Shown here piece after piece: positions 30,297 to 40,020 of a stretch of DNA of 64,000 nucleotides. The stretch's first letter is position 1, and each line of letters starts with the position of its first letter. The translations under genes were made by a program, and so were the position numbers. Origin of the DNA: Alphaproteobacteria bacterium (lineage in GTDB: Bacteria > Pseudomonadota > Alphaproteobacteria > UBA9219 > RGZA01); assembly GCA_041917755.1 (NCBI GenBank), contig JAYRWY010000007.1:266770-330769 (forward strand), read 5' to 3'. Under the pieces are notes generated by a model. The model did no database searches and had not been told where the DNA came from. It was given only the letters and a program-made list of their open reading frames with translations.

Positions 30297-31682
30297 ATGC
30301 GTTATATCAGCACCCGTGGTGAGGATTCAGTCCCAGATTTTGAAAGTGTCGTCGCTCGAGGCCTTGCTAGCGATGGTGGTTTGTTTGTGCCAGAAACATG
30401 GCCAAGCTTTTCCCATGAGGAAATGAAAAAACTGAGCACCTTATCATACATCCAGCTGGCCCAGCGTATCATGCAACCCTTCATCGGGGATTCATTGAAT
30501 GCGGGTGAATTGGCAGCACTTGCCCAAGATACGTATTCAGGCTTCGCTCATCCTGATGTCACGCCATTGGTGAAGGTAGATGATAAATTATCCTTGCTGG
30601 AATTATTTCACGGAACGACATTGGCGTTCAAAGATGTAGCACTACAGTTTCTCGGCCGTGTATTCGGTCACTTTGTGTACAAGCGCGGCGGGTCCTTGAC
30701 AGTGATTGGCGCAACATCCGGTGATACGGGTTCGGCAGCAATTGAAGGATGTCGTGGTATTCCTGGTATTAAAGTTATAATTTTGTATCCGCACAATCGT
30801 CCATCGGAAGTGCAGCGCCGCCAGATGACCTGCGTGGATGCGCCAAATGTGCATGCGGTAGCCGTTGAAGGTTCCTTTGATGATTGTCAGGCATTGGTAA
30901 AGCGTGCCTTTAACAATCACGAATTGCGTCAAAAGCACACGCTCACTGCGGTAAATTCCATCAACTGGGCACGAATTTTGGCGCAGGTGGTATATTATTT
31001 CTATGCGGGCCTGAAGGCAGGTGCGTTAGATCAGCCAGTCAATTTCGTGGTGCCAACGGGCAATTTCGGCAATGTATTCGCGGGCCATGTGGCAAAGAAA
31101 ATGGGTCTGCCCATTCATCGCCTAGTTATCGCCACCAATAAAAATGACAGTATGTCAAAATTTATTGAAACGGGCGTGATGACAACAGGCGTAGTATCGC
31201 CAAGCTTGTCACCAAGTATGGACATTCAAATTGCCAGCAATGCGGAACGCTATTTGTATGAGCTGTTAAACTACAACGGCAAAGACACCAAAGCCGCGAT
31301 GGAACAAATCGCTGCGCGTAAGGATGTACAATTATCGCCCGCCGCACATGCTGCTTTGAAGAACGAATTCATGGCTGCATCGGTGAGTGATGAAGAAACC
31401 AAGGCAACAATCAAGACCATGTGGGAAACCAAGCGTGTACTGCTTGACCCGCACACTGCCGTTGGCGTAACAGTTGCCAATCGTCTACGTGACCAGTTGC
31501 CAGGTCAAATTATTAGTCTTGCTTGCGCGCATCCTGCCAAGTTCCCAGAGACAGTTCAGGAAGTAACCGGCCAAAATCCGCCACTACCGGCGCATTTAGC
31601 CGATTTATATAAACGTCCAGAGCGTTTTACCGTTATGCCCAACGACTATGACGCTTTCGTCAATTTTATTGAAACGCGCTAA
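30297..31682 (+). CDS. thrC: threonine synthase
   Basis: PLP-binding Lys context (FHGTTLAFKDVALQ) and a long-form ThrC of 461 aa. Confidence 0.9.
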   Translation: MRYISTRGEDSVPDFESVVARGLASDGGLFVPETWPSFSHEEMKKLSTLSYIQLAQRIMQPFIGDSLNAGELAALAQDTYSGFAHPDVTPLVKVDDKLSLLELFHGTTLAFKDVALQFLGRVFGHFVYKRGGSLTVIGATSGDTGSAAIEGCRGIPGIKVIILYPHNRPSEVQRRQMTCVDAPNVHAVAVEGSFDDCQALVKRAFNNHELRQKHTLTAVNSINWARILAQVVYYFYAGLKAGALDQPVNFVVPTGNFGNVFAGHVAKKMGLPIHRLVIATNKNDSMSKFIETGVMTTGVVSPSLSPSMDIQIASNAERYLYELLNYNGKDTKAAMEQIAARKDVQLSPAAHAALKNEFMAASVSDEETKATIKTMWETKRVLLDPHTAVGVTVANRLRDQLPGQIISLACAHPAKFPETVQEVTGQNPPLPAHLADLYKRPERFTVMPNDYDAFVNFIETR

Positions 31683-31702
31683 ACGCCAACATCAGGATTA
31701 TT

Positions 31703-32962
31703 ATGGCCATTCAAATTACCACACTTCCTAGCGGCATTCGTGTCGTCACCGACAGCATGGAGCAGGTTGAAACCGCTTCGGTTGGCATTTGGGTGGGGGT
31801 TGGTACACGCCATGAGGAACCTAGCGATAATGGTGTTGCACATTTGGTTGAACACATGCTGTTCAAAGGCACAGCGCGCCGCAGTGCTTTTGATATTTCA
31901 GCCGAAATGGAAAATGTCGGCGGGCACCTCAATGCTTATACAACCCGTGAATCAACGGCCTATTATGCCAAGGTATTAAAGCAAGACGTGGCTTTGGCCG
32001 CTGATATTCTGTGCGATATGGTACAAAACGCATCGCTTGATAATGATGAACTAGACCGTGAACGCGGCGTAATCGTTCAGGAAATTGGCCAATCTATTGA
32101 TCAACCTGATGATATTTTATTCGATCACTTACAAAAAACGGCATACCCAAATTCCGGTCTAGGTCGTCCTGTATTGGGTTCAGCCGATATCATCCGCGCG
32201 TTACCGCGCGACCGTTTGGTCAATTATATCAGTGGCAATTATGCTGGCCCGCAGATGATTTTTGCAGCTGCTGGCGCAGTTAATCATGACCATGTCGTTG
32301 ATTATGCCCATAGGTATTTAGCCAAGATTCCGTCAGTTTCTAAAACCAAAACCGATATCGCCAAATTCACCAGCGGCGATATGCGTGAGAACCGTGATAT
32401 TGAACAGTTGCATGTGGCGCTGGCGTTTAATGGCCTGTCATATCTGGATAAAGATTATTTTGCACTATCGGTATTATCAACTTTACTTGGCGGCGGGATG
32501 TCATCACGCTTATTTCAGGAGGTGCGTGAAAAGCGCGGCCTGGTATATAGCATCTACTCATTCGTATCTTCGCAAAAAGATGGCGGAACGTTTGGCGTAT
32601 ATGCCGGAACGGACCCTGATAAAATCAACGAGCTATTGCCTGTGGTTGCCCAGCAGTTACATCTCATTACCAAGGAAGTGTCGCCCGAGGAATTGAACCG
32701 CGCCAAGGCACAGCTGCGTTCATCACTCTTTATGTCGCAAGAAAGTACCATGAGCCGCGCTGAAAAGCTGGCCTTTAATCAACTGATGTATGACCGCATT
32801 GTTCCAAACGCCGAAATTCTGGAACGGATTAATGCGGTAACGCAGGGTGACATCCAGCGTTTGGCCAAGCAATTATTGCAAACGGCGCCTGCCACGGCGT
32901 TTGTCGGACCGCTTGGCCATGTTCCACAAGGCGATGCAATCGCCAAAGCATTTAAATTGTAA
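31703..32962 (+). CDS. M16 family zinc peptidase
   Basis: Inverted zincin motif HLVEHMLFKG...E. Confidence 0.85.
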   Translation: MAIQITTLPSGIRVVTDSMEQVETASVGIWVGVGTRHEEPSDNGVAHLVEHMLFKGTARRSAFDISAEMENVGGHLNAYTTRESTAYYAKVLKQDVALAADILCDMVQNASLDNDELDRERGVIVQEIGQSIDQPDDILFDHLQKTAYPNSGLGRPVLGSADIIRALPRDRLVNYISGNYAGPQMIFAAAGAVNHDHVVDYAHRYLAKIPSVSKTKTDIAKFTSGDMRENRDIEQLHVALAFNGLSYLDKDYFALSVLSTLLGGGMSSRLFQEVREKRGLVYSIYSFVSSQKDGGTFGVYAGTDPDKINELLPVVAQQLHLITKEVSPEELNRAKAQLRSSLFMSQESTMSRAEKLAFNQLMYDRIVPNAEILERINAVTQGDIQRLAKQLLQTAPATAFVGPLGHVPQGDAIAKAFKL

Positions 32963-32964
32963 TC

Positions 32965-33588
32965 ATGCGCGGCATCTTTCACAGCTTGATGGCGTTATTC
33001 AGCAGTGAACGACAGCGTCAATGCCGCGCCCCTTATAATATCAAGTTTGAAGGAAAAACCATTATCCTGCGTATGCCAGATGTTGGCGATTGTCAGGCAT
33101 GGACAAAATTGCGTGAACTAAGCGCCAGCTTTCTTATGCCATGGGAACCGTTATGGCCTCATGATGCCGTATCCAGTAGCTTTTACATGCGCCAATGGCG
33201 CAGATTTTCGCGTCGCTGGATTCAAGACCGCGAATATGCGTTTCTAATTTTTCGCCGTCAGCCAAACGGGCAAGAAGGCGGCCTGTTGGGCGGCATCACG
33301 ATTACGGATATAAAACGCAGTGTCTATCAGGTTGGCACGCTTGGCTACTGGATGGGCGCACCATTTGCTGGACAAGGCGTGATGCGTGAAGCTATTTCAC
33401 TCCTGCTGCCTTTTGCATATCAGCAATTGGGATTGCATCGCTTGGAAGCAACCGTCATGCCAGAAAATGAGCGTAGCATCAGGTTGTTACGTAGCCTTGG
33501 CTTTCGTGAAGTAGGGCTTTCCAAACAAAACATGCAAATTGAAGGCGCGTGGCGCGATCAAATCATTTTTGAAAAAACCAGAACCTAA
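32965..33588 (+). CDS. GNAT family N-acetyltransferase (RimJ/RimL-like)
   Basis: GNAT core (QGVMREAISLLLPFAYQQLGLHRLEATV). Confidence 0.7.
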   Translation: MRGIFHSLMALFSSERQRQCRAPYNIKFEGKTIILRMPDVGDCQAWTKLRELSASFLMPWEPLWPHDAVSSSFYMRQWRRFSRRWIQDREYAFLIFRRQPNGQEGGLLGGITITDIKRSVYQVGTLGYWMGAPFAGQGVMREAISLLLPFAYQQLGLHRLEATVMPENERSIRLLRSLGFREVGLSKQNMQIEGAWRDQIIFEKTRT

Positions 33589-33598
33589 TGTGTGCTAC

Positions 33599-34486
33599 TT
33601 ATGCGGCCTGGGCCATGTGCTTGCGCACTTCCTTGGAATAGTCATCGGCCAGCATTTGCGTTACGGGGCCAACCTTAAAGGTTAGCTCGCCGATGATACC
33701 AACGGCGGTAACTTCAGCAGCCGTACCTGTCAGGAATACTTCATCCGCGCTCTTTAGTTCATCTGGCATAATCGCACGTTCAATAACCTTGATATTACGT
33801 GCCTTTGCCAGATCAATAACTGTGCGGCGGGTAATACCATCAAGGAAACAGTCGGGCTTTGGCGTGTGGATTTCACCATTTTTGACCATAAAGAAATTGG
33901 CGCCGGTTGCTTCGGCAACCTGACCGCGCCAATCCAGCATCAGAGCATCATGAAAACCGTTTTGTTCGGCTTCGTGTTTGCCCATGGTGCAGATGGCATA
34001 AAGGTTTGAGGCCTTGGCATGAACGGGCGCTGTTTCTGGTGATGGGCGTTTCCAACGGCTCATCATCAATTTGATGCCTTTGGTTTTTGCTTCTGGATCA
34101 AAATAGCTTGGCCATTCCCATACGGCGATCGCCACATGGATTGAATTTTTCTGCGCGGCAACACCCATCATTTCACTGCCACGCCATGCAATCGGGCGAA
34201 CATAGCCATCAACAATTTTCTGGGTACGGACTACGTCCATGGTCGCGGCTTCCAGTTGTTCAAGGGTATAGGGAATGCTGTAGCCCATGGTTTTGGCTGA
34301 ATCGAGCAAACGCTGGGTGTGCTCACGCAATTTGAACACTTGGCCGCCATAGACACGCTCACCTTCAAAGACGGCGCCAGCGTAATGTAAAGCATGGGTC
34401 AAGACATGGACGTTCGCAGAGCGCCAATCAACCATTTTTCCATCAAACCAGATTTTTCCATCACGATCATGAAATGCAGCAGCCAT
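33599..34486 (-). CDS. ilvE: branched-chain amino acid aminotransferase
   Basis: Class IV PLP aminotransferase motifs (FEGERVY..., EVFLTGTAAEVT). Confidence 0.85.
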   Translation of the reverse strand: MAAAFHDRDGKIWFDGKMVDWRSANVHVLTHALHYAGAVFEGERVYGGQVFKLREHTQRLLDSAKTMGYSIPYTLEQLEAATMDVVRTQKIVDGYVRPIAWRGSEMMGVAAQKNSIHVAIAVWEWPSYFDPEAKTKGIKLMMSRWKRPSPETAPVHAKASNLYAICTMGKHEAEQNGFHDALMLDWRGQVAEATGANFFMVKNGEIHTPKPDCFLDGITRRTVIDLAKARNIKVIERAIMPDELKSADEVFLTGTAAEVTAVGIIGELTFKVGPVTQMLADDYSKEVRKHMAQAA

Positions 34487-34596
34487 TGTTTTAATATCCG
34501 TTGTTTTGTTGTGTTTTTGTCAAAAAAAGACCCCTTAACTTGCGCTAAGGGGCCACTAAAAGTCAAATAATTGCTGCTGGAGGTGCAAAAAAAGGC

Positions 34597-35637
34597 TTAT
34601 TCGTCAGCATCACCGCTGCTTGCTGCTTCACCATCCATCATTGCCCCTGCGACAAGGCCAGCATTGGAACGTACTTCATTTTCAATGGCTTCGGCGATAG
34701 ATGGGTTTTCACGAAGGAATGCTTTGCAGTTTTCGCGGCCTTGACCGATACGCTGACCATCATAGGAGAACCATGCGCCGGATTTCTCAACAACCTCGGC
34801 CTTAACGCCAAGATCAATCAGCTCACCTAGCTTGGAAACGCCTTCACCATACATAATGTCAAATTCAACTACGCGGAACGGAGGGGCCATTTTGTTTTTA
34901 ACAACCTTTACACGGGTTTGGTTGCCCACGACGGTTTCCTTATCCTTAATAGCGCCAATGCGGCGGATATCAAGACGAACCGAGGCATAGAATTTCAGTG
35001 CATTGCCGCCGGTGGTGGTTTCAGGATTTCCAAACATCACGCCGATCTTTTGGCGAATTTGGTTGATAAAAATAACCATGCAACGTGAACGTGAGATCGA
35101 AGCGGTAAGTTTACGCAAAGCTTGGCTCATAAGGCGAGCTTGGAGGCCCATATGGCTATCGCCCATTTCGCCTTCAATTTCAGCCTTTGGAACCAGTGCG
35201 GCAACGCTATCAACGACCAAAACATCAATTGCGCCAGAGCGAACGAGAGTATCAACAATTTCGAGAGCTTGTTCACCGGTATCAGGTTGGGAGATAATAA
35301 GATCATCGATATTTACTCCAAGTTTCTTTGCATAGGCTGGGTCAAGTGCGTGTTCAGCATCAACAAATGCGCAAGTGCCACCAACTTTCTGTGATTGGGC
35401 AATTACATGCAGGGCAAGGGTGGTCTTACCTGAGCTTTCAGGGCCATAGATTTCGATGATACGGCCACGTGGCAGCCCGCCAATACCCAGAGCGATATCA
35501 AGCCCAAGCGAGCCAGTAGAAATGGTATCTACCTCCACAGATTCACGTGCGCCCAGCTTCATGACCGAGCCTTTACCAAACGCACGCTCAATTTGGGTTA
35601 AAGCTGCATCGAGGGCTTTTTGCTTATCGGCGCTCAT
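34597..35637 (-). CDS. recA: recombinase RecA
   Basis: Walker [11 protein letters not shown]1/L2 loops. The start was chosen at the internal ATG ([13 protein letters not shown]...) with an AAGGAA ribosome-binding site. The longer ORF to 35718 is an alternative. Confidence 0.95.
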   Translation of the reverse strand: MSADKQKALDAALTQIERAFGKGSVMKLGARESVEVDTISTGSLGLDIALGIGGLPRGRIIEIYGPESSGKTTLALHVIAQSQKVGGTCAFVDAEHALDPAYAKKLGVNIDDLIISQPDTGEQALEIVDTLVRSGAIDVLVVDSVAALVPKAEIEGEMGDSHMGLQARLMSQALRKLTASISRSRCMVIFINQIRQKIGVMFGNPETTTGGNALKFYASVRLDIRRIGAIKDKETVVGNQTRVKVVKNKMAPPFRVVEFDIMYGEGVSKLGELIDLGVKAEVVEKSGAWFSYDGQRIGQGRENCKAFLRENPSIAEAIENEVRSNAGLVAGAMMDGEAASSGDADE

Positions 35638-35805
35638 TTCCTTTGGGGCGCGTTCCATGGGGTCACCTTTTTCATTCTGAATAACACGTAGGGGGGCATT
35701 GGCTTTGGGATTAGACATAAGCGACTCCTTGCAGGTAAAGGGATTTTCGTGAGGACCATTGAATAAGTATGTTGCCTATTATTCATGGTTTGTTCTTATT
35801 TACAA

Positions 35806-35820
35806 GTTCTTTTTTTGTTC
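35806..35820 (-). promoter_or_regulatory. putative alphaproteobacterial LexA (SOS) box, GTTC-N7-GTTC, upstream of recA
   Basis: GTTCtttttttGTTC, with a third GTTC 10 nt further on at 35792. Matches the direct-repeat LexA operator described for Rhodobacter, Rhizobium and Caulobacter. Confidence 0.4.
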
Positions 35821-36017
35821 TCTTTCTGCAATCGATTCCACTGTGATATTTCAGAGATATTTAGCGCGTAAGAAAAGCGGTTAATGCCGAAAAACCTTCT
35901 ATCATCCATAAAACAAAGGGAAATATTTGTTTCTTCATAGAAATTAACCAAGAAATTAAATAAAAGTTTAAATACTTTCGCATAGGCTGATCTAATCAAC
36001 GAATTAGAGGGTGAGCT

Positions 36018-36209
36018 ATGACAGCTATTCCACGTTATCCAGGTGAAGGCGGCGCAACCAAGATTTTCTGGAACAAAGGAGAGCATCCGCTGGTGCAGGC
36101 TCAGGCGTCACCAAATATCGCCTATGATCTACCGATGGAGGGTGGTCCTACCCGTTCTAACGCATCATTGATGCGTAGCCCAATTCCAGATGCACCAACA
36201 GTTGTTTAA
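36018..36209 (+). CDS. small hypothetical protein of 63 aa with a strong ribosome-binding site
   Basis: GAGGGTGA ribosome-binding site 6 nt before the ATG. GC content normal for the genome while the flanks are AT-rich. In the same frame as the next ORF across a single TAA. Confidence 0.3.
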   Translation: MTAIPRYPGEGGATKIFWNKGEHPLVQAQASPNIAYDLPMEGGPTRSNASLMRSPIPDAPTVV

Positions 36210-36212
36210 TCC

Positions 36213-36521
36213 ATGATGGCGTCGCGCAAACAAGAATATAACAGTATTGATGCTTCCCAGAACGGGGAAGGCGAACGCCGTGTCATCGATGTTGCGTATG
36301 AACAAAAATGCTTTTCCGATAATTCCCTCAGCATAACTGAAATGGTGTGGACCTATGATTTTTATGGCATCGCTGTATTTGATTACGGGTATTTTGGTGA
36401 TGACAATAGCTACAAGGGCCGAGGCGGCTATGGTGAGGGTGCGGGTGGGGGCTACAAAGTAGTCAACTCCGTCAAGCCTGCCGCGCCCACACCTTTCCAA
36501 GGTGCAGGCGGCGGTACTTAG
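36213..36521 (+). CDS. small hypothetical Gly/Tyr-rich protein of 102 aa, possibly the downstream half of a gene interrupted by a stop
   Basis: No ribosome-binding site of its own. Starts 3 nt after the TAA of the previous ORF in the same frame. C-terminal GYGEGAGGGY low-complexity stretch. Confidence 0.3.
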   Translation: MMASRKQEYNSIDASQNGEGERRVIDVAYEQKCFSDNSLSITEMVWTYDFYGIAVFDYGYFGDDNSYKGRGGYGEGAGGGYKVVNSVKPAAPTPFQGAGGGT

Positions 36522-36582
36522 TTTTTTCAAATATTTTCAATTTACCACATGTGTAGTTACTATTTAGAGTAAAAAAGTTTTT

Positions 36583-37206
36583 TTATTTTTCAGAATTAAT
36601 ATCTTTAATTATAAATCCGTTTTCATCCCCAAGATATTTTTTACGCAAAGGGCGTAGACTGTTCTCCATCTGCGTTCTAATGTCAGCAGTGTAAGATTTT
36701 CTATTAGTCTCTGTTTCGGCGCCATAAAGTCGCGCTCCGTTAAACTCCAATCTGATAATCCTATCATCCTGTCCATATTGAACGAATATAATGTAGCCAT
36801 TAGCTAGTCCGTTTAATCCAAAATATCTTTGTGGATTAGGCCATTGATATCTGTAGCTGTTTGAAATATCAAATTCGGGCTTCAGTTTCCAAACGGCTGA
36901 ACCCGCTTGATCTAATAAGATACTCTCCACATGTTTTTTATCCGTTCCTGGTGGAAACATTTTGAAGAATGCTTCTACGAGATGCTGCCTGTCACCAGTT
37001 GACACGTTGTAATACTCAAACCTGAACTGCATTGGGTCGAATTTTGGATCATTAGGATCGGCTACGATTTTTCCAAAAAAAATCGGGCGAATATCAATGT
37101 ACCAATAGAGGTCAACAAAAACTTTTCCAATCGAGCCAATAATTAGTATAAGAGCTATTGCTCTCAGCATTTTAAAAAAGTTGTGTAATGTGTTCAGAGT
37201 ATTCAC
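36583..37206 (-). CDS. hypothetical membrane-anchored protein encoded in low-GC DNA
   Basis: 207 aa with an N-terminal transmembrane helix and a Tyr/Trp-rich extracytoplasmic domain. GC clearly lower than neighbouring genes. Confidence 0.4.
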   Translation of the reverse strand: MNTLNTLHNFFKMLRAIALILIIGSIGKVFVDLYWYIDIRPIFFGKIVADPNDPKFDPMQFRFEYYNVSTGDRQHLVEAFFKMFPPGTDKKHVESILLDQAGSAVWKLKPEFDISNSYRYQWPNPQRYFGLNGLANGYIIFVQYGQDDRIIRLEFNGARLYGAETETNRKSYTADIRTQMENSLRPLRKKYLGDENGFIIKDINSEK

Positions 37207-37234
37207 GGCTCATATTATTCCTATTTGCAATATA

Positions 37235-37278
37235 AAATGTTCTTAAAAATATTGCATATTGCCTTTAAAAGAACATTT
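37235..37278. repeat. 10-bp perfect inverted repeat AAATGTTCTT / AAGAACATTT with a 24-nt spacer, between the histidine-kinase 3' end and the start of the low-GC gene
   Basis: Read directly from the sequence. A TTGCAATAT / ATATTGCAT inverted pair and an ATTGC direct repeat are nested within it. Confidence 0.35.
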
Positions 37279-37309
37279 ATTGATGTCGCAATTGTATTAA
37301 CAGCCACTG

Positions 37310-39931
37310 CTATTCCTCAATCTCTCCAGTCAGAACTTCCTTCACCTTACTCGCAAGCTGCTTCAAGCTGAACGGCTTGGATAGGAAGTGCACCACTTCA
37401 CCTTCGCGTAATTGTTCACGGAATTTATCTTCGGTATAGCCTGAAATAAACACAACCTTGGTATCGGGCTTGCGGCGCATGACTTCGCGCACAAGGGTTG
37501 GGCCATCCATTTGCGGCATTACCACATCGCTGATAAGCAAATCAATCTTACCGCCCTGTTCGTCAATAATGCTTAAGGCTTCTTCGCCACCACGTGCTTC
37601 GAGTACATTATAGCCTTTGTTGCGTAAAGCGCGTGCACCAAATACACGAACAGCATCTTCATCTTCTACTAACAAGATGGTTCCAGCACCCGTTAAGTCG
37701 GAGGTCTTCTTTTCACGCACCGGTTCGGCAACTGCTTCGGCCGGTTTTTCCTTTTCGACATGATGTGGCAGATAAATAATAAAGGTAGAACCTTTGCCAA
37801 CAACGCTCTCAACTTCCACAAAGCCGCCTGTTTGACGCACAATTCCATATACGGTGGATAGGCCAAGTCCGGTGCCGCTTCCCACTTCTTTGGTAGAAAA
37901 GAAGGGCTCGAAAATACGTTGGATATTTTCTTTGGGAATACCAATGCCCTGATCGGCTACCGAAATTTTGATATAATCGCCGGGGTTCATCACGTCTTGG
38001 CCACGTGTAATCGCAGTGTCTTGGTGATGTGGGCCGGTGGTGATGGTAACGGTGCCGCCTTGCGGCATCGCATCGCGGGCATTAACAACCAGATTGATAA
38101 TAACCTGTTCAAGCTGGCCTTGGTCAGCGCGGATAAGGCCAACATCACGGGCATGAACCATCTTCAATTCAACGTTTGCGCCAATCAGTCGACGCAGTAG
38201 GTTGGCCAGTTCGGCTAATACATCCGTCACGCTCAGAACCTTGGGTTGCAAGGTTTGCTGGCGCGAGAATGCCAATAGTTGCCGCACAAGATTAGCGGCG
38301 CGGTTACCGTTTTGCTTAATCTGCATGATGTCAGCAAAGGATTGATCGCCAGGTTTATGACGTTGTAATAACAAGTCGCAGAACCCGATCATCGCGGTGA
38401 GTAGATTATTGAAGTCGTGCGCAACGCCGCCTGCTAACTGGCCAATTGCCTGCAGCTTCACGGAATGGGCAAGCTGTGCCTCAATGCGCTTTTGTTCACT
38501 ATAGTCAATAAAGTAAAGCATCAAGCCCGTTTGCTGCGGGTTTTCGCCATCTTCATTCATGCCATGGCCAAGCAACGCAAATCGCTTGGCATAAATAAAT
38601 GCAACTGCGCTTGCATCACCCATCCCACGCAGTTCAATCGGCTTTTGTAAATCACGGCCAGCCAGCACAGCTGACAGCTCATCTGCAATTGCATTTTGCC
38701 GTTCATCCGTAATCAGATTGATAAAGTTCTTTTTTAAAATATCATTTTTGTCACGCTTAATAAGGCTAATGAATGCCTGGTTGCATTCTTCAACAGTCAT
38801 GGCCGCATTTAATAATGCAACGCCAATAGGTGCTTCTGCGAATAGACGTTGAAAACGTTGTTCGGATAGGGTCAACGCTTCTTGCCATGATTGTTCGGGG
38901 GTTAAATCACGTACAATCGAACGCGTGCGAAGGGTTTGACCATCTTCATTCATCACCACTGTTTGGGTGATGGAGACAGGGAAAACCTTCCCTTTTTTGC
39001 TGCGCATAAACGTGTCGCCACGCAGATGGCCGTCTTGTCCGGCAGCTATACCATAGGGCGCAACATCATCCAGTTTCTGTGCAATAACGTCGTGCAGCTT
39101 GATGCTTCCGCTGGTCAGTTCTTCAATGCTGCAACCAAGCCATTCGGAAAGCGTACGGTTCACGAAACGGAACCGCCCATGTTGGTCAACCGAATAAATA
39201 CCTACCGGTGCATGCGCCATAAAATCAATCAGCTTGGCTTGCTCTTCGCGAACTGCTTGCTCGGCACGTTTACGTTCACTGATATCTTCAAAGCGCCAAA
39301 TAATATAGCCCGTGGAGGGTAGTGGGCGAACAATTACACGGCGCCATTCATTGATTTTACCACCTTTAATGACTGGCAGTTCTCCTTGAGATGGTTGATT
39401 GGCGCGTGCAGCCTTGCGCAATTTCTGGAATTCAGCCGCTACTGTTGCATTCTCGCTGAACTTAAGGGCAACGGATGCTTCAACACTTGGGTTGGCTTTT
39501 CCTACCCAATAATCATAGGCTTTGTTGGTCAGAACCGCTCTGCCATCCATATCAACGATGGCTTGCGGGTTGAAAGCTGCCTGAAATGCTTCTGCTAAAA
39601 TGGTTTCAATTTTACCAAAGCGTGAAATTTTATGCAGGTTGCGCCCAATGACCACCGCAAGAATGATGATAGCTATATCAATCAGTAACCCTGGCACACC
39701 TTTGTAGGGTGCCATGTCCAGATTTGCCAAGACCACCATACTGAAAACTAGCGCAACCAAAATACCTGAGCTGATTGCCACGATAAGAAGACGATGCTGA
39801 CGCTCGCTGGTTTCTTGTTTACCTGCAGCAGCAAGAAGGCCCATGGCTTCATCGGATGCCTCGAGGCTTTTTGCGTTTGCGGCAGGTGATTTATTGGCGG
39901 GAAGTGTGGATTTGGGCGAATCTGTTTTCAT
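37310..39931 (-). CDS. hybrid sensor histidine kinase (transmembrane, PAS, PAS, HisKA, HATPase, C-terminal receiver)
   Basis: H-box ([11 protein letters not shown]), N/G1/G2 boxes and a terminal REC domain ([11 protein letters not shown]...[11 protein letters not shown]). The ORF-track start is a TTG; the first ATG (MKTDSPK) was used. Confidence 0.85.
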   Translation of the reverse strand: MKTDSPKSTLPANKSPAANAKSLEASDEAMGLLAAAGKQETSERQHRLLIVAISSGILVALVFSMVVLANLDMAPYKGVPGLLIDIAIIILAVVIGRNLHKISRFGKIETILAEAFQAAFNPQAIVDMDGRAVLTNKAYDYWVGKANPSVEASVALKFSENATVAAEFQKLRKAARANQPSQGELPVIKGGKINEWRRVIVRPLPSTGYIIWRFEDISERKRAEQAVREEQAKLIDFMAHAPVGIYSVDQHGRFRFVNRTLSEWLGCSIEELTSGSIKLHDVIAQKLDDVAPYGIAAGQDGHLRGDTFMRSKKGKVFPVSITQTVVMNEDGQTLRTRSIVRDLTPEQSWQEALTLSEQRFQRLFAEAPIGVALLNAAMTVEECNQAFISLIKRDKNDILKKNFINLITDERQNAIADELSAVLAGRDLQKPIELRGMGDASAVAFIYAKRFALLGHGMNEDGENPQQTGLMLYFIDYSEQKRIEAQLAHSVKLQAIGQLAGGVAHDFNNLLTAMIGFCDLLLQRHKPGDQSFADIMQIKQNGNRAANLVRQLLAFSRQQTLQPKVLSVTDVLAELANLLRRLIGANVELKMVHARDVGLIRADQGQLEQVIINLVVNARDAMPQGGTVTITTGPHHQDTAITRGQDVMNPGDYIKISVADQGIGIPKENIQRIFEPFFSTKEVGSGTGLGLSTVYGIVRQTGGFVEVESVVGKGSTFIIYLPHHVEKEKPAEAVAEPVREKKTSDLTGAGTILLVEDEDAVRVFGARALRNKGYNVLEARGGEEALSIIDEQGGKIDLLISDVVMPQMDGPTLVREVMRRKPDTKVVFISGYTEDKFREQLREGEVVHFLSKPFSLKQLASKVKEVLTGEIEE

Positions 39932-40020
39932 GACTAAACAGCTTAAAAGCTGCCGCCCATAACACAATCCGATTTTTAGGATGACCGCCTATTCTCGGGG
40001 CGTATTCTCAGGTGACAAGG

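Noticed and set aside
35796-36086. 96-aa minus-strand ORF in the recA upstream region
   Set aside because: AT-rich sequence with no ribosome-binding site. It overlaps the putative LexA box and the ribosome-binding site and start of ORF A. It is probably spurious.
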